A DNA stretch of 32,000 bases from an uncultured Candidatus Saccharibacteria bacterium (GTDB lineage Bacteria > Patescibacteriota > UBA1384 > XYA2-FULL-43-10 > 1-14-0-10-43-13), in the NCBI GenBank assembly GCA_964543385.1, contig CAZIYE010000003.1, forward strand, positions 21,590 to 53,589, in the 5' to 3' direction. Shown here piece by piece: positions 1 to 8,549 of this stretch. How positions within the stretch are numbered: the first letter of the stretch is position 1; the number at the start of each line of letters is the position of its first letter. The notes beneath the pieces are model-generated. The model was not told the DNA's origin and searched no databases. It saw nothing but the letters and a program-made list of their open reading frames with translations. A program made the position numbers and the translations under genes.

Positions 1-524
1 TCCCAATATTTTCTCGAATAAGTCATGCCATAATTTTCAAGCTGGCGTTTTCTGTAAATCCAGGCCAGACCTTCAGAGAAATCTGTTGCCTTTTCGAACT
101 CTGATTGACCGTTTTCGGTAACCAATGATTCACCTGTTTCGGTGCAAAATCCATAAGTTTGTTCAACTTTGCCAAACCCACCGTTCTTAGTTTGTTGAAA
201 ACGAACAATGCCATCATCAGAAAAATTGGAAAATCTCTTTTTCTGCCCGGCAAATGTTTCCACCGGCTGACCATCCTTATCAATGATCTTTGAGATCATA
301 CCATCGGGAATTGCAGTCATACCAAGATGAAATCGGTATTGCCTTGGATCATCGTCGGCCGATGTAAGCTTTCTCAAAATCACCGTGCCATCAGTTCTTA
401 AAAATGTAATTTTTCCTAATCTATTTACGGCTGCAACTCCTTCAGAAAACCGATCGGCCTTACCTGGATCAATTACTAGGATACGACCATCAGTCATATC
501 GGGATCTTTAATGAAATTCCCTTC
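1..524 (-). pseudogene. WG-repeat body of an array paralog, cut off from its N-terminal module by an in-frame TAG; runs off the left window edge
   Basis: The minus-strand frame of ORF 525..791 stays open for all 174 codons from 524 to the window edge (checked codon by codon). The translation EGNFIKDPDMTDGRILVIDPGKADRFSEGVAAVNRLGKITFLRTDG...FSDDGIVRFQQTKNGGFGKVEQ...ATDFSEGLAWIYRK carries FSEG(V/L)A-type WG-repeat motifs like the intact paralogs. Track ORF 23..283 is in another frame. Confidence 0.6.
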
Positions 525-791
525 CTAATCGACATAAACATCGCAGACTTTTCGCCTTGCTAGCGCACAGCCGTCATAAAAATCACCAACATAGTCTAGT
601 TCAAGCTTTTTCGACAGCCCCTGTCGCAGTTTGAGGTTGTATGGATATATGTTTTCAATCTCGACGATTGTATTCTGAATTTCCGAAATCAAAAACTGCG
701 CCTTGTCGATATTACCAGGCCGAGGATCAAGCAATATATCCTTTTGGCTAGATATTGACTGAATAAATTTTGTGACTTCTTGGCAATTCAT
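525..791 (-). CDS. N-terminal CxxhT-helix module only (88 aa); ends at TAG where paralogs continue into WG repeats
   Basis: MNCQEVTKFIQ... aligns with the N-termini of the other array genes (closest is MNCQEITNKIS of 14424..15677). It ends ...KLELDYVGDFYDGCALARRKVCDVYVD, just as the first WG repeat begins. The stop at 525-527 is TAG. Confidence 0.6.
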   Translation of the reverse strand: MNCQEVTKFIQSISSQKDILLDPRPGNIDKAQFLISEIQNTIVEIENIYPYNLKLRQGLSKKLELDYVGDFYDGCALARRKVCDVYVD

Positions 792-795
792 AGAT

Positions 796-2232
796 CTATT
801 TTACCTCAATTAGCTTGGTTTTGCTTGAGGTTGCCCGATTATTTTCAGCTGGAACAGGTACACGCATCAAAACAACACCGGTAATCTTGCGATCCATTTT
901 CACTCTTTTTTGCGCTTCTTCATAAGTTAAGTTTGGTGCTTCCAGAATCACAACACCGCCATCCATTTGGCTACAGAAATCACCATCAGGAATTGCTCGT
1001 AAGACCATGATGCCATCTTTTAGTCCTTTAGTTGGGTCACCAGAAATATTTGAGAGATCATCGATGACACAGAGGCCACGTTCTTTTTTCTTCCAATTTA
1101 GTAATTCATCTTCACTAGAAATAATTGGCGGATCTTCGTTTTCCAAATAATCGTAATATCCACGATTTTCGTCATAGCCATAAACCGGTTTTGTGAATTT
1201 ATCCTTAGTCTTCTCGGCCGGATCGGTAGTATCCTCCCTGGGCTGATTTATCAGGACTGTATAGTCAGGATCAGCAATGAGACGGGGGTGCATTGAACGT
1301 GTAAATATGATCGCTCCACCAGTTTTATTGTATGGTAAATGATAATAATAATCACCGATTATAAAAATCGCTCTGCCCGAACCGTTGGCCATATCTCCGC
1401 CAGTGCTTCCGGCCGTAAAGACTCCGCCGGAAGCACACCAACCAAATTTCTCACCGGCTCCTCTTGTATAGATACGGCCTCCTCGCATCAACATGCCAGT
1501 AACTTCGCCAATACTGTCAGCGTGGATCTCACCCCCCGACATTTGCATTGCCGTCATATTACCAATATTTTCTGCTTGAATTTGTCCTCCAGACATATAT
1601 TTTGCGCAAAAATTCCCTATGGATTCAGCCCTAAAAATACCCTTGCCCATATTGAGACCTGTATAATCGCACTTGTTTCGCCCCGAGTAACTGCTTTTCA
1701 CTTCTACATCTGAATTTGATTTGATCAAAGTATTTATAACCGCCGCTTTTATTGCGTCGATCAGCTCGTCTGTTTTGCTTTTTCGATCCTTCTCATCTTC
1801 AATATTTTCAAATAGCTTCCTCAATAAAACCTTATATTCGGAGTCATCTGCCGGATTTCCCAGCTTGTCATAAAACTGATGGATTTCTGATTTGCTGGCT
1901 TTTATCGGTAGCGGGGTAAATAATGCTTGAACCAAAGCATAGTAGGCGGAATTGTCAGTATCAGTTATCTGTTCTTTTATTTGTGGCATCTTCAAAAGCT
2001 CAATCAAGGTTCTGCCGAATTGAGGATCATTTATCCTGTCCTCGACAGCAGAAAGAGAGAAGTTTTCTCGGATAAATTCTTTGACAATGCCCTCTAAATA
2101 TTCTTTGTCTTGAAATAAATCCTTGATCTGACCCTTGCCAGGCACAGCCGTCTCCAAATCACGACAAAATTTATCGCCAGTCCTGGCAATATTTGTCATA
2201 TCTAAAGTAATTGCCTCACAAAATGAATTCAC
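796..2232 (-). CDS. Array paralog: N-terminal CxxhT module + helical region + GXGXG-type beta-helix repeats
   Basis: GTG start with GGAGGG Shine-Dalgarno 5 nt upstream. N-terminus is MNSFCEAIT. About 18-aa repeats follow: MSGGQIQAENIGNMTAMQ / MSGGEIHADSIGEVTGML / MRGGRIYTRGAGEKFGWC / ASGGVFTAGSTGG, as in the GXGXG domain of the glutamate synthase C-terminus and FwdC. The C-terminal ~75 aa are about 80% identical by eye to the next gene. Confidence 0.85.
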   Translation of the reverse strand: MNSFCEAITLDMTNIARTGDKFCRDLETAVPGKGQIKDLFQDKEYLEGIVKEFIRENFSLSAVEDRINDPQFGRTLIELLKMPQIKEQITDTDNSAYYALVQALFTPLPIKASKSEIHQFYDKLGNPADDSEYKVLLRKLFENIEDEKDRKSKTDELIDAIKAAVINTLIKSNSDVEVKSSYSGRNKCDYTGLNMGKGIFRAESIGNFCAKYMSGGQIQAENIGNMTAMQMSGGEIHADSIGEVTGMLMRGGRIYTRGAGEKFGWCASGGVFTAGSTGGDMANGSGRAIFIIGDYYYHLPYNKTGGAIIFTRSMHPRLIADPDYTVLINQPREDTTDPAEKTKDKFTKPVYGYDENRGYYDYLENEDPPIISSEDELLNWKKKERGLCVIDDLSNISGDPTKGLKDGIMVLRAIPDGDFCSQMDGGVVILEAPNLTYEEAQKRVKMDRKITGVVLMRVPVPAENNRATSSKTKLIEVK

Positions 2233-2257
2233 ACTGTCCCTCCGTATATTTGTATCT

Positions 2258-3673
2258 TTATTTTACCTCAATAAGTTTTGTTTTGCCGTCTATTTCCCCG
2301 TCTGTAATTCTCATAAGAACCACTCCTGTAATTTTTCGATCCATCTTAACAATTTCTTGCGCTTTTTTATAGGTCAGGAATGGCACTTCCAAAATCACAA
2401 CGCCGCCCTCCATTTGAGCGCAGATCTCGCCGTCAGGGATAGCTCGCAAGACCATTATCCCATCTTTGAGTCCTGCTGTCGGATCCCCAGAAATGTTTAA
2501 AAGCTCATCGATGAGGCAGAGACCGATTTTCTTTTCCTTCCACTCTGCCAGTTCCTGATCGTTTTTGGGAGAAAATATCTCATTGCCATGCAGGTGTTCA
2601 ATGTATTGCCCTTTTTCATCGTCATAACCGAAGATTTCCCCCTTCGTTTTTAACTCTTTTATCTGTTCCTTGCCAGAAATATTGAGACGGTTCACCAGTG
2701 CTGTGTACTTAATATCTGGCTCCAAGATATTGGCCACAGTAGTTTCGTTTGCAATAAAAACGCCCGATCTTTTCATCATCGGCAAGTCAAAAGCATGTCC
2801 AATGATAAAAATTGAATCGCTCGAGGAATTTCCTGCCGGATGATTAGCATAATCAGCAAAAAACACTCCGCCGCCGGCTATCCAGCCAAATTTTTCTCCG
2901 ACTGATCTAGCATAAATACGACCACCGTCCATCATCATGCCGGCACCATCGCCAATATTTTCACAATGAATTTCGCCGTCTTTCATAAATTGGGCGGCCA
3001 TATTTCCCACAGATTCTGCCTCGATCCGGCCACCCTTCATCGCATAGCCACAATGATCGCCGATGCTTGGCATTTTGATCAATCCTCTGGTCATATTAAA
3101 GCCAATGTAATCGCTCTTTTTTGTAGTTGATCCCTTATCTCCAATCTCAAGACGACCCTGGCTTTCCAGTACTCGATGGATTAGGGCAGTTTTCAAAGAA
3201 TCAATCAACTTCTTGATCTTGCTCTCATCACTCTTCCCCTCAACCTCGGGATATGCCAAAGCGACTACCTCCCGCAGCTTTTCATCCCATCTCATTCTCT
3301 TATAAAAATCATCCAATTCGTCAGCACTGTCGCTCTGAAGTAAGATTGGATATCTGGCAAAGACAAATTTGACCAAACTGTAAAGATTGACTTCATCTTT
3401 CTCAATATTTCGGATCACTTCTTCCTCCTTGAGCAGTTCGCCAAAGAGCCGCCAGTTGTCCGGATTTTCGATTCTCTCCAGATAGCCATTGACTGAAAAC
3501 TTATTTTTCATATATTCCGCCAAGTGCTCTTGAAAGAATTTTTGCATTTCCATGAGCTCAGCGACCTTGCCCTCGCCGGGCTTGGCAGCTCGTAAATCAT
3601 CACAAAAATACTGACCGGCTTCTGCGATCGTAAGTAAATCATTTGTCAGTTCTTCACACAAAGAATCAAACAC
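2258..3673 (-). CDS. Array paralog: N-terminal CxxhT module + GXGXG-type beta-helix repeats (tandem paralog of 796..2232)
   Basis: GTG start with GGAGGG SD. N-terminus is MFDSLCEELT. Repeats are MKGGRIEAESVGNMAAQF / MKDGEIHCENIGDGAGMM / MDGGRIYARSVGEKFGWI / AGGGVFFADY. It has the same C-terminal end, KTKLIEVK, as 796..2232. Confidence 0.85.
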   Translation of the reverse strand: MFDSLCEELTNDLLTIAEAGQYFCDDLRAAKPGEGKVAELMEMQKFFQEHLAEYMKNKFSVNGYLERIENPDNWRLFGELLKEEEVIRNIEKDEVNLYSLVKFVFARYPILLQSDSADELDDFYKRMRWDEKLREVVALAYPEVEGKSDESKIKKLIDSLKTALIHRVLESQGRLEIGDKGSTTKKSDYIGFNMTRGLIKMPSIGDHCGYAMKGGRIEAESVGNMAAQFMKDGEIHCENIGDGAGMMMDGGRIYARSVGEKFGWIAGGGVFFADYANHPAGNSSSDSIFIIGHAFDLPMMKRSGVFIANETTVANILEPDIKYTALVNRLNISGKEQIKELKTKGEIFGYDDEKGQYIEHLHGNEIFSPKNDQELAEWKEKKIGLCLIDELLNISGDPTAGLKDGIMVLRAIPDGEICAQMEGGVVILEVPFLTYKKAQEIVKMDRKITGVVLMRITDGEIDGKTKLIEVK

Positions 3674-3689
3674 TCACCCTCCAAAATAT

Positions 3690-5048
3690 TTATGAGAAAA
3701 CCCGTCTGCCTTTTTTATCGATATAGAACATATTATTATGGCCGTCGCTTAGAATTTTTCCGACCAAGGCAACACCGTCTTTAAACGGCTGTGCTGTTGT
3801 TATTCTCTCGTCAGATTCAATAATGCTTCCGTCTAATGTGATCAACTCCTGCTCACGTACGGTTGTTTGCAGTGCTCTCCCGTCTGATGTCGTGAAATTA
3901 AATTGTTCGCTAGGGCCACTAACAAATCCTAAACCTTCAGAAAAATCATGTATCACAAATCGCTCTCCTTCTCTCTCCAAGAGTATTTTTCCTGTAATGT
4001 CGACTAGGTGGTAGGAGCATATCTGTGGAGGCCCATTACTAATAGTCTTCTCAAAAAGTAGTAAGCCATCCTTTATTTTGCTATGAATAGGATTTATTTT
4101 TCCAAGAGACTCCGTCTGAAATTCACGAATAATTTTCCCATGAATATCAATAAGAAGGGTTTTCCCGTCCGCTGTTTGCACAAAAGCACGATCTTGGTAA
4201 AAATCAGTGGCACTCTCGAATCCTTGACCAAGTACACCTTCATTAAGATTTTCGCCTTTTTGATTTATAAAGTACCAAGAATTATTCGATCTATTTTTTC
4301 CAAATCGATCGCAAACTTTAGCAATACCGGTGTTTAGGTCACCCATACCATCTTCGAAGAATTTACTCGGATCTTTTGGTATCCTTTCCCCACTCGGAGC
4401 AACATGCCAAGCGCCAAAATCCGGCGTATGCAGCCCCAGATACCCAGAACCGCTCCAACGATCATCCATAATTCTCCCTATATCGATCGTCCTAATCTCA
4501 TTTCCTTTGTAATCAATCAGATGATATTTTTGTTTCTCCTCTTGCCCATGATAGCGAACAAGCGCCTGGCCAAATTTATATGAATTAGCTTCTCTATAAT
4601 TTTTATCGTCAATTCTTTTTCCATCAACATCGATATAATAATGTCCTTTTTGACCGCCAGAGGCTTCAATTGAAACCAACGCCAATCCTTCAGAGAAGTC
4701 CGAAATTTTGCATTTCTTGTCATTATCTTCAGAGAAAATGACCTCTCCTTTTTTATTAATCAAAATCTCGGGAGATTCTAGGCCTTCCAGTTTAAAAACG
4801 GCTTTTGCTAGTCCATATTCATTGAACTTTCCGACAAAAGAATAACCTTTTTCTTTGGCGATTCTATCTCGTAGCTCAACTTGGTCGCTGTCTAAAAATT
4901 CTAGAAGCTCTGCAATTTCCGATCTTATCTGTCTTTTTGTTTCCAAAGCAAGATTGAGCGGATTATTTTCGGTGACAACTAAACCAGGCGCGGTTCGAGC
5001 GACTTTTTTTATAAGATTCGTATAGTTTTCACAAGTTGGTGTAAACAT
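3690..5048 (-). CDS. Array paralog: N-terminal CxxhT module + WG-repeat (WG_beta_rep-like) body
   Basis: The track starts at TTG 5051. ATG at 5046-5048 gives MFTPTCENYT, identical to the paralog, and forms an ATGA overlap with the upstream stop. Repeated F-x-(E/D)-G-(L/V)-A ... Y-(I/F)-(D/N)-x-x-G motifs are present (FSEGLALV, FKDGVALV, YYIDVDGKRI, FYIDKKGRRVFS). Confidence 0.85.
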   Translation of the reverse strand: MFTPTCENYTNLIKKVARTAPGLVVTENNPLNLALETKRQIRSEIAELLEFLDSDQVELRDRIAKEKGYSFVGKFNEYGLAKAVFKLEGLESPEILINKKGEVIFSEDNDKKCKISDFSEGLALVSIEASGGQKGHYYIDVDGKRIDDKNYREANSYKFGQALVRYHGQEEKQKYHLIDYKGNEIRTIDIGRIMDDRWSGSGYLGLHTPDFGAWHVAPSGERIPKDPSKFFEDGMGDLNTGIAKVCDRFGKNRSNNSWYFINQKGENLNEGVLGQGFESATDFYQDRAFVQTADGKTLLIDIHGKIIREFQTESLGKINPIHSKIKDGLLLFEKTISNGPPQICSYHLVDITGKILLEREGERFVIHDFSEGLGFVSGPSEQFNFTTSDGRALQTTVREQELITLDGSIIESDERITTAQPFKDGVALVGKILSDGHNNMFYIDKKGRRVFS

Positions 5049-6370
5049 CAACTAAATACCCTTCTACCTTTTTTATCGATATAGACTGGATGACTAACTC
5101 GAAATCCATTCTTATCTCTTTCTACTGGATCATCATACGTGAATTTGGCTACGCCATTTTTGAAACCTATTTCCAATCGAGTCACAGGCTCTTCAATTTC
5201 TGCGAAATTACCATAGGTATCAACAAGATAATTTTTGCCCTCATGGGCCATGAAACTCAATCCCTCATGAAAAGGAGAGAAAACTTGTTGGTATTCTCCC
5301 TGGATTAGGACATTTCCGTTTAAATCCATGACTGTTCTGCCCTGCGTTGCAAGATTGCCATTTCGGTTGATGAAAGTAATTATCCCTTCGGAATAGGTGT
5401 GGCTTGCCTGTACAACCGAGCCGAGCTCTGACCTGTGACCTACCTCTTTAATTTTATCGCCTTTTGAATTGATAATCAAAATGTGCCCTTGGACGGTTTC
5501 GATAAAGGCCCTGTCATTATAAAAATTTGAAATAGCACGAAAATTCAATGATAATACCCCTTCATCAAGACGTTTACCGTTTTGGTCAATATAATACCAA
5601 GTTTGCCGTTCATGATCCGTAACACGTCCGTCCTGGCCCTTACCCAATCGATCACAGACCTTTGCGATACCGTTGTTTAGGTCGCCAGCACCATCCTCAA
5701 AATATTTGCTGGGGTCACTCGGAATTCTTTCGCCATTCGGCGAAATATACCATATCCCAGAACCGCTCTGGTGAACTTTCAAATATCCAGCGTCAGAACC
5801 TTCGAAATAGGCTGCCTCTGGAAGTTCGAATTCCCTGATTTGATTTCCCAATAAATCAATTATGGCATGGTTTTTCTTATTTGTTTCCCCGCGATATCTA
5901 ACAACTGCTTGGCCAAATTTATATGGGTGAGCTTCTTGATAAACTTTACCATTTAACCGTTGTCCATCTTCTTTGATATAATAGCTACCATTGGTTGATT
6001 CAATAATGGCGATTCCGTCAAAGAATTCTTTTATCAAGAAACTGTCTTGTTCACTTGGTAATATCTTTTCCCCACGCGCATTGATCAATACAGATGCCGC
6101 CTTAAAATTAGTATCTAACCTGGCTATCGCTAACCCATGCTTATTGAACTTATCTACAAATTTATAGCCTTTTTCTTTTGCGATCCGATCCCGTAATTCA
6201 ATCTGATCACCATTCATGAATTCAAGACATTGGGCAAGTTCATTTTGTACTTGCTTTTTTGTTTCTATTGCTGATTTGATTGGATGATTTTCGGTGACAA
6301 CTAAACCAGGCGCGGTTCGAGCGACTTTTTTTATAAGATTTGTATAGTTTTCACAAGTTGGTGTAAACAT
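5048..6370 (-). CDS. Array paralog: N-terminal CxxhT module + WG-repeat body
   Basis: MFTPTCENYTNLIKKVARTAPGLVVTEN is identical to the N-terminus of the downstream gene. WG-type motifs are FFDGIAII, FHEGLSFM, FKNGVAKF and YIDKKGRRVFS. The TGA stop overlaps the next start. Confidence 0.85.
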   Translation of the reverse strand: MFTPTCENYTNLIKKVARTAPGLVVTENHPIKSAIETKKQVQNELAQCLEFMNGDQIELRDRIAKEKGYKFVDKFNKHGLAIARLDTNFKAASVLINARGEKILPSEQDSFLIKEFFDGIAIIESTNGSYYIKEDGQRLNGKVYQEAHPYKFGQAVVRYRGETNKKNHAIIDLLGNQIREFELPEAAYFEGSDAGYLKVHQSGSGIWYISPNGERIPSDPSKYFEDGAGDLNNGIAKVCDRLGKGQDGRVTDHERQTWYYIDQNGKRLDEGVLSLNFRAISNFYNDRAFIETVQGHILIINSKGDKIKEVGHRSELGSVVQASHTYSEGIITFINRNGNLATQGRTVMDLNGNVLIQGEYQQVFSPFHEGLSFMAHEGKNYLVDTYGNFAEIEEPVTRLEIGFKNGVAKFTYDDPVERDKNGFRVSHPVYIDKKGRRVFS

Positions 6371-6375
6371 AATAT

Positions 6376-7260
6376 CTAAACCTCACTTCCATCGAAAAAA
6401 TACCAGGCCTTTTCATGGTAAACGACAACCCCATCTGGATGTGCGCTGAAGGTTATATCCTCAGCGCCAAATTTATCCGTTAAATCAACAAGGACTTTTG
6501 TATTGTTTAAATAAATTTTTCCGTCACGCTTAATCAAAAAGCCCCTTGGATGACCGCGCCAGCTTGCTTTTTCGCCGGAATATAGGGCTTGGCCAGTATG
6601 CAAGCGAATTTCCAGATTATTCCAGTCCGAGTAGCCAAGCAATACACCTCTTTCTGTCACATCCCAATTCGACAATTCCATTGATACATTTGATATATTA
6701 CTTTTCTCAATCGGGATTGGATTATCTCTGTCGCCATTAAGAAGAAATTCATCTGTATTTTTGTTATAAACGACACAATCGTTGCCAAAGACACGAAAAT
6801 CAAATTGACCATTGCGATCACTAGTAAAAACCCTCTTTCGGCTTGCCCTATTAAACAAATAATCGAAGTCCATATGCGCATCAGTACTTTTATAAAAGAG
6901 GCTACTCGCCGAAGAGATAACTTGGTCTCGAGGTGCCTTAGATCCAAGCCCATGCCACTGTCCAAGCGGATCGACATAACGTATGCTATCACTATCAGAG
7001 ATCAATATCCCATCTTTAAAAGACTGCCAACTACTATACCTATTATTAGATCGAGCTATAACTTCGCCATTAGTATATTTTTTCCATTCACGATAATGGC
7101 GTTCAGAAAAATGTATCTCTAATAAATCTTCGAGCTCCTGTTTTATCTCTATCGCTTCCTCGACGATTTTGTTTATCGACAAAACATTTTTCATTTCACT
7201 ATCCGTGTCTTGCAGGCCCCTCAAAACGTTTGTAAATTTTTGGCAGTCATACCCAATCAT
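6376..7260 (-). CDS. Array paralog: N-terminal CxxhT module + unassigned beta-rich body (possibly degenerate WG-like)
   Basis: N-terminus is MIGYDCQKFT. The body has weak FKDGILIS...IRYVDPLGQW and FLIKRDGKIYL motifs and no recognisable catalytic motif. Its start overlaps the upstream stop (ATGA). Confidence 0.75.
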   Translation of the reverse strand: MIGYDCQKFTNVLRGLQDTDSEMKNVLSINKIVEEAIEIKQELEDLLEIHFSERHYREWKKYTNGEVIARSNNRYSSWQSFKDGILISDSDSIRYVDPLGQWHGLGSKAPRDQVISSASSLFYKSTDAHMDFDYLFNRASRKRVFTSDRNGQFDFRVFGNDCVVYNKNTDEFLLNGDRDNPIPIEKSNISNVSMELSNWDVTERGVLLGYSDWNNLEIRLHTGQALYSGEKASWRGHPRGFLIKRDGKIYLNNTKVLVDLTDKFGAEDITFSAHPDGVVVYHEKAWYFFDGSEV

Positions 7261-8537
7261 GCGAATACCTTCCTGCCATTCTTATCAATGTAATATGTTG
7301 GCTGGCTCCATTGATCTTGGACTTTAGCCACGCCGTCGATGAATGGTCTGGCGTCAGCAAAATGCTTTGTACCAAAGGTACCATTTCCTGGGAAAAGCGC
7401 TTTGCCAACCTTGTTTATGTAAATACGGCCGCCATCTGTGTTGTCCTCGTTTACCCCTATATCTTCGGGTAAAACAACGCTTGCCCCTTCGTGAAAATCA
7501 TCCACCGAAATATAATTCGAAACACTAAAAGCTTCTCTCTCGTCGGTATCAATAAAAATATTCCTTGTAATATCGTTCTCATATTGATCTAGAGAATCTT
7601 CTCGGACAAGTGCCAAACCGTCACTAAAATCGTTCGCATCCGAATAAACTTCTCCTTCAGTGGAAAAGCTGCCAGTATCAGCGTTATATTTCAAGAAATA
7701 ATGTCCTGTTTCAGAAATTTGATATCGAGCCATACCATCACGGAGCGGATGAATGTCTGTTACGGCCAATAAATTCAAGTCTGTTATGTTACCTTCTATA
7801 TCAACAGCAAACCAATCATTTGAAAAATCGCAATAAAAAGCGTAGTTTTCACTAAATTGAGTAAACTTTTCAACATTTTCAAGCACTAATTTTTCCTTGC
7901 CTGTTTCGTCGATAATTCTGTATTTATTATCTTCTTTTCTTGTCCAGGATCGCCCACAAGCAAAATCTGTCGCTAATTCATATTTATCATTCCATTCAGA
8001 ACCATCAGGATTAAGAAAAGTATATGTTTTACTGCCGCCGGGAGCAAAATTCCACACCAGTCTAGGAACGCTTTCACTGACGGAAACATAGTTTTTGGAT
8101 ATTTTTTCACCTTTCTGATCGACCAAAAAATAGCGATAGGTTCTCTCGGAAGTCATTTCGTCATCGCTAATATCATATTCACCAACAACACAAGTGCCTT
8201 TTTGAAATTTACCAAATGATGCAATTTGCTGGCCAATATAATCCTTGATCACCTCGCCTGAAGCCGAAACAAGGATATAGTCTTCGCCAGGTTTTCGACC
8301 AAAAGCTAATCCTTCGCTAAAATTTCCTAGCCAGGCAAGACCAAGATTTTTTGCAATTTTATCTCTTACGGTAATTTGATCAGGGTCGATTCTTTCTAGA
8401 AGGTGCTCGACTTCAGAATTAATTTCCTTGTATTTTCTCCATGCCTCAGCAATATTGCCTTCAGTAAAAATACCTTTGTATTCGGTAAAAAGGATCTTTA
8501 GCTGTCGTACCCCATTTGTCAGTGCATTACAATTCAT
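7257..8537 (-). CDS. Array paralog: N-terminal CxxhT module + WG-repeat body
   Basis: N-terminus is MNCNALT. The module ends with RDKIAKNLGLAWLGNFSEGLAFG. Other motifs are FSDGLALV, FHEGASVV, FIDGVAKV and YYIDKNGRKVFA. Confidence 0.85.
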   Translation of the reverse strand: MNCNALTNGVRQLKILFTEYKGIFTEGNIAEAWRKYKEINSEVEHLLERIDPDQITVRDKIAKNLGLAWLGNFSEGLAFGRKPGEDYILVSASGEVIKDYIGQQIASFGKFQKGTCVVGEYDISDDEMTSERTYRYFLVDQKGEKISKNYVSVSESVPRLVWNFAPGGSKTYTFLNPDGSEWNDKYELATDFACGRSWTRKEDNKYRIIDETGKEKLVLENVEKFTQFSENYAFYCDFSNDWFAVDIEGNITDLNLLAVTDIHPLRDGMARYQISETGHYFLKYNADTGSFSTEGEVYSDANDFSDGLALVREDSLDQYENDITRNIFIDTDEREAFSVSNYISVDDFHEGASVVLPEDIGVNEDNTDGGRIYINKVGKALFPGNGTFGTKHFADARPFIDGVAKVQDQWSQPTYYIDKNGRKVFA

Positions 8538-8549
8538 ACTGTTTCATAC

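Noticed and set aside
23-283. 86-aa minus-strand track ORF (MIRMVSRWKHLPGRK...)
   Set aside because: It is out of frame relative to the open 174-codon frame that encodes clear WG-repeat motifs across 3..524. Its sequence is low-complexity with no motifs.
525-527. In-frame TAG as evidence of stop-codon reassignment or programmed readthrough
   Set aside because: TAG terminates 796..2232 at exactly the residue (…KLIEVK) where its paralog ends with TAA. TGA and TAA also end genes at conserved C-termini, often in ATGA overlaps. A standard code with a nonsense mutation is the simpler reading.
1339-2500. Plus-strand ORFs 1339..1713 and 2135..2500, and similar antisense or nested ORFs elsewhere. Examples are 3823..4014, 4083..4337, 6546..7122, 6657..6992, 12503..12913, 13618..14032, 14914..15234, 23314..23613, 24343..24702, 26185..26430, 30171..30446 and 30700..31002.
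   Set aside because: All lie entirely inside longer ORFs that have coherent domain and repeat content, SD sequences and coupled junctions. Their translations are Ser/Pro/Cys-rich or otherwise featureless, typical of shadow ORFs opposite or within real genes.
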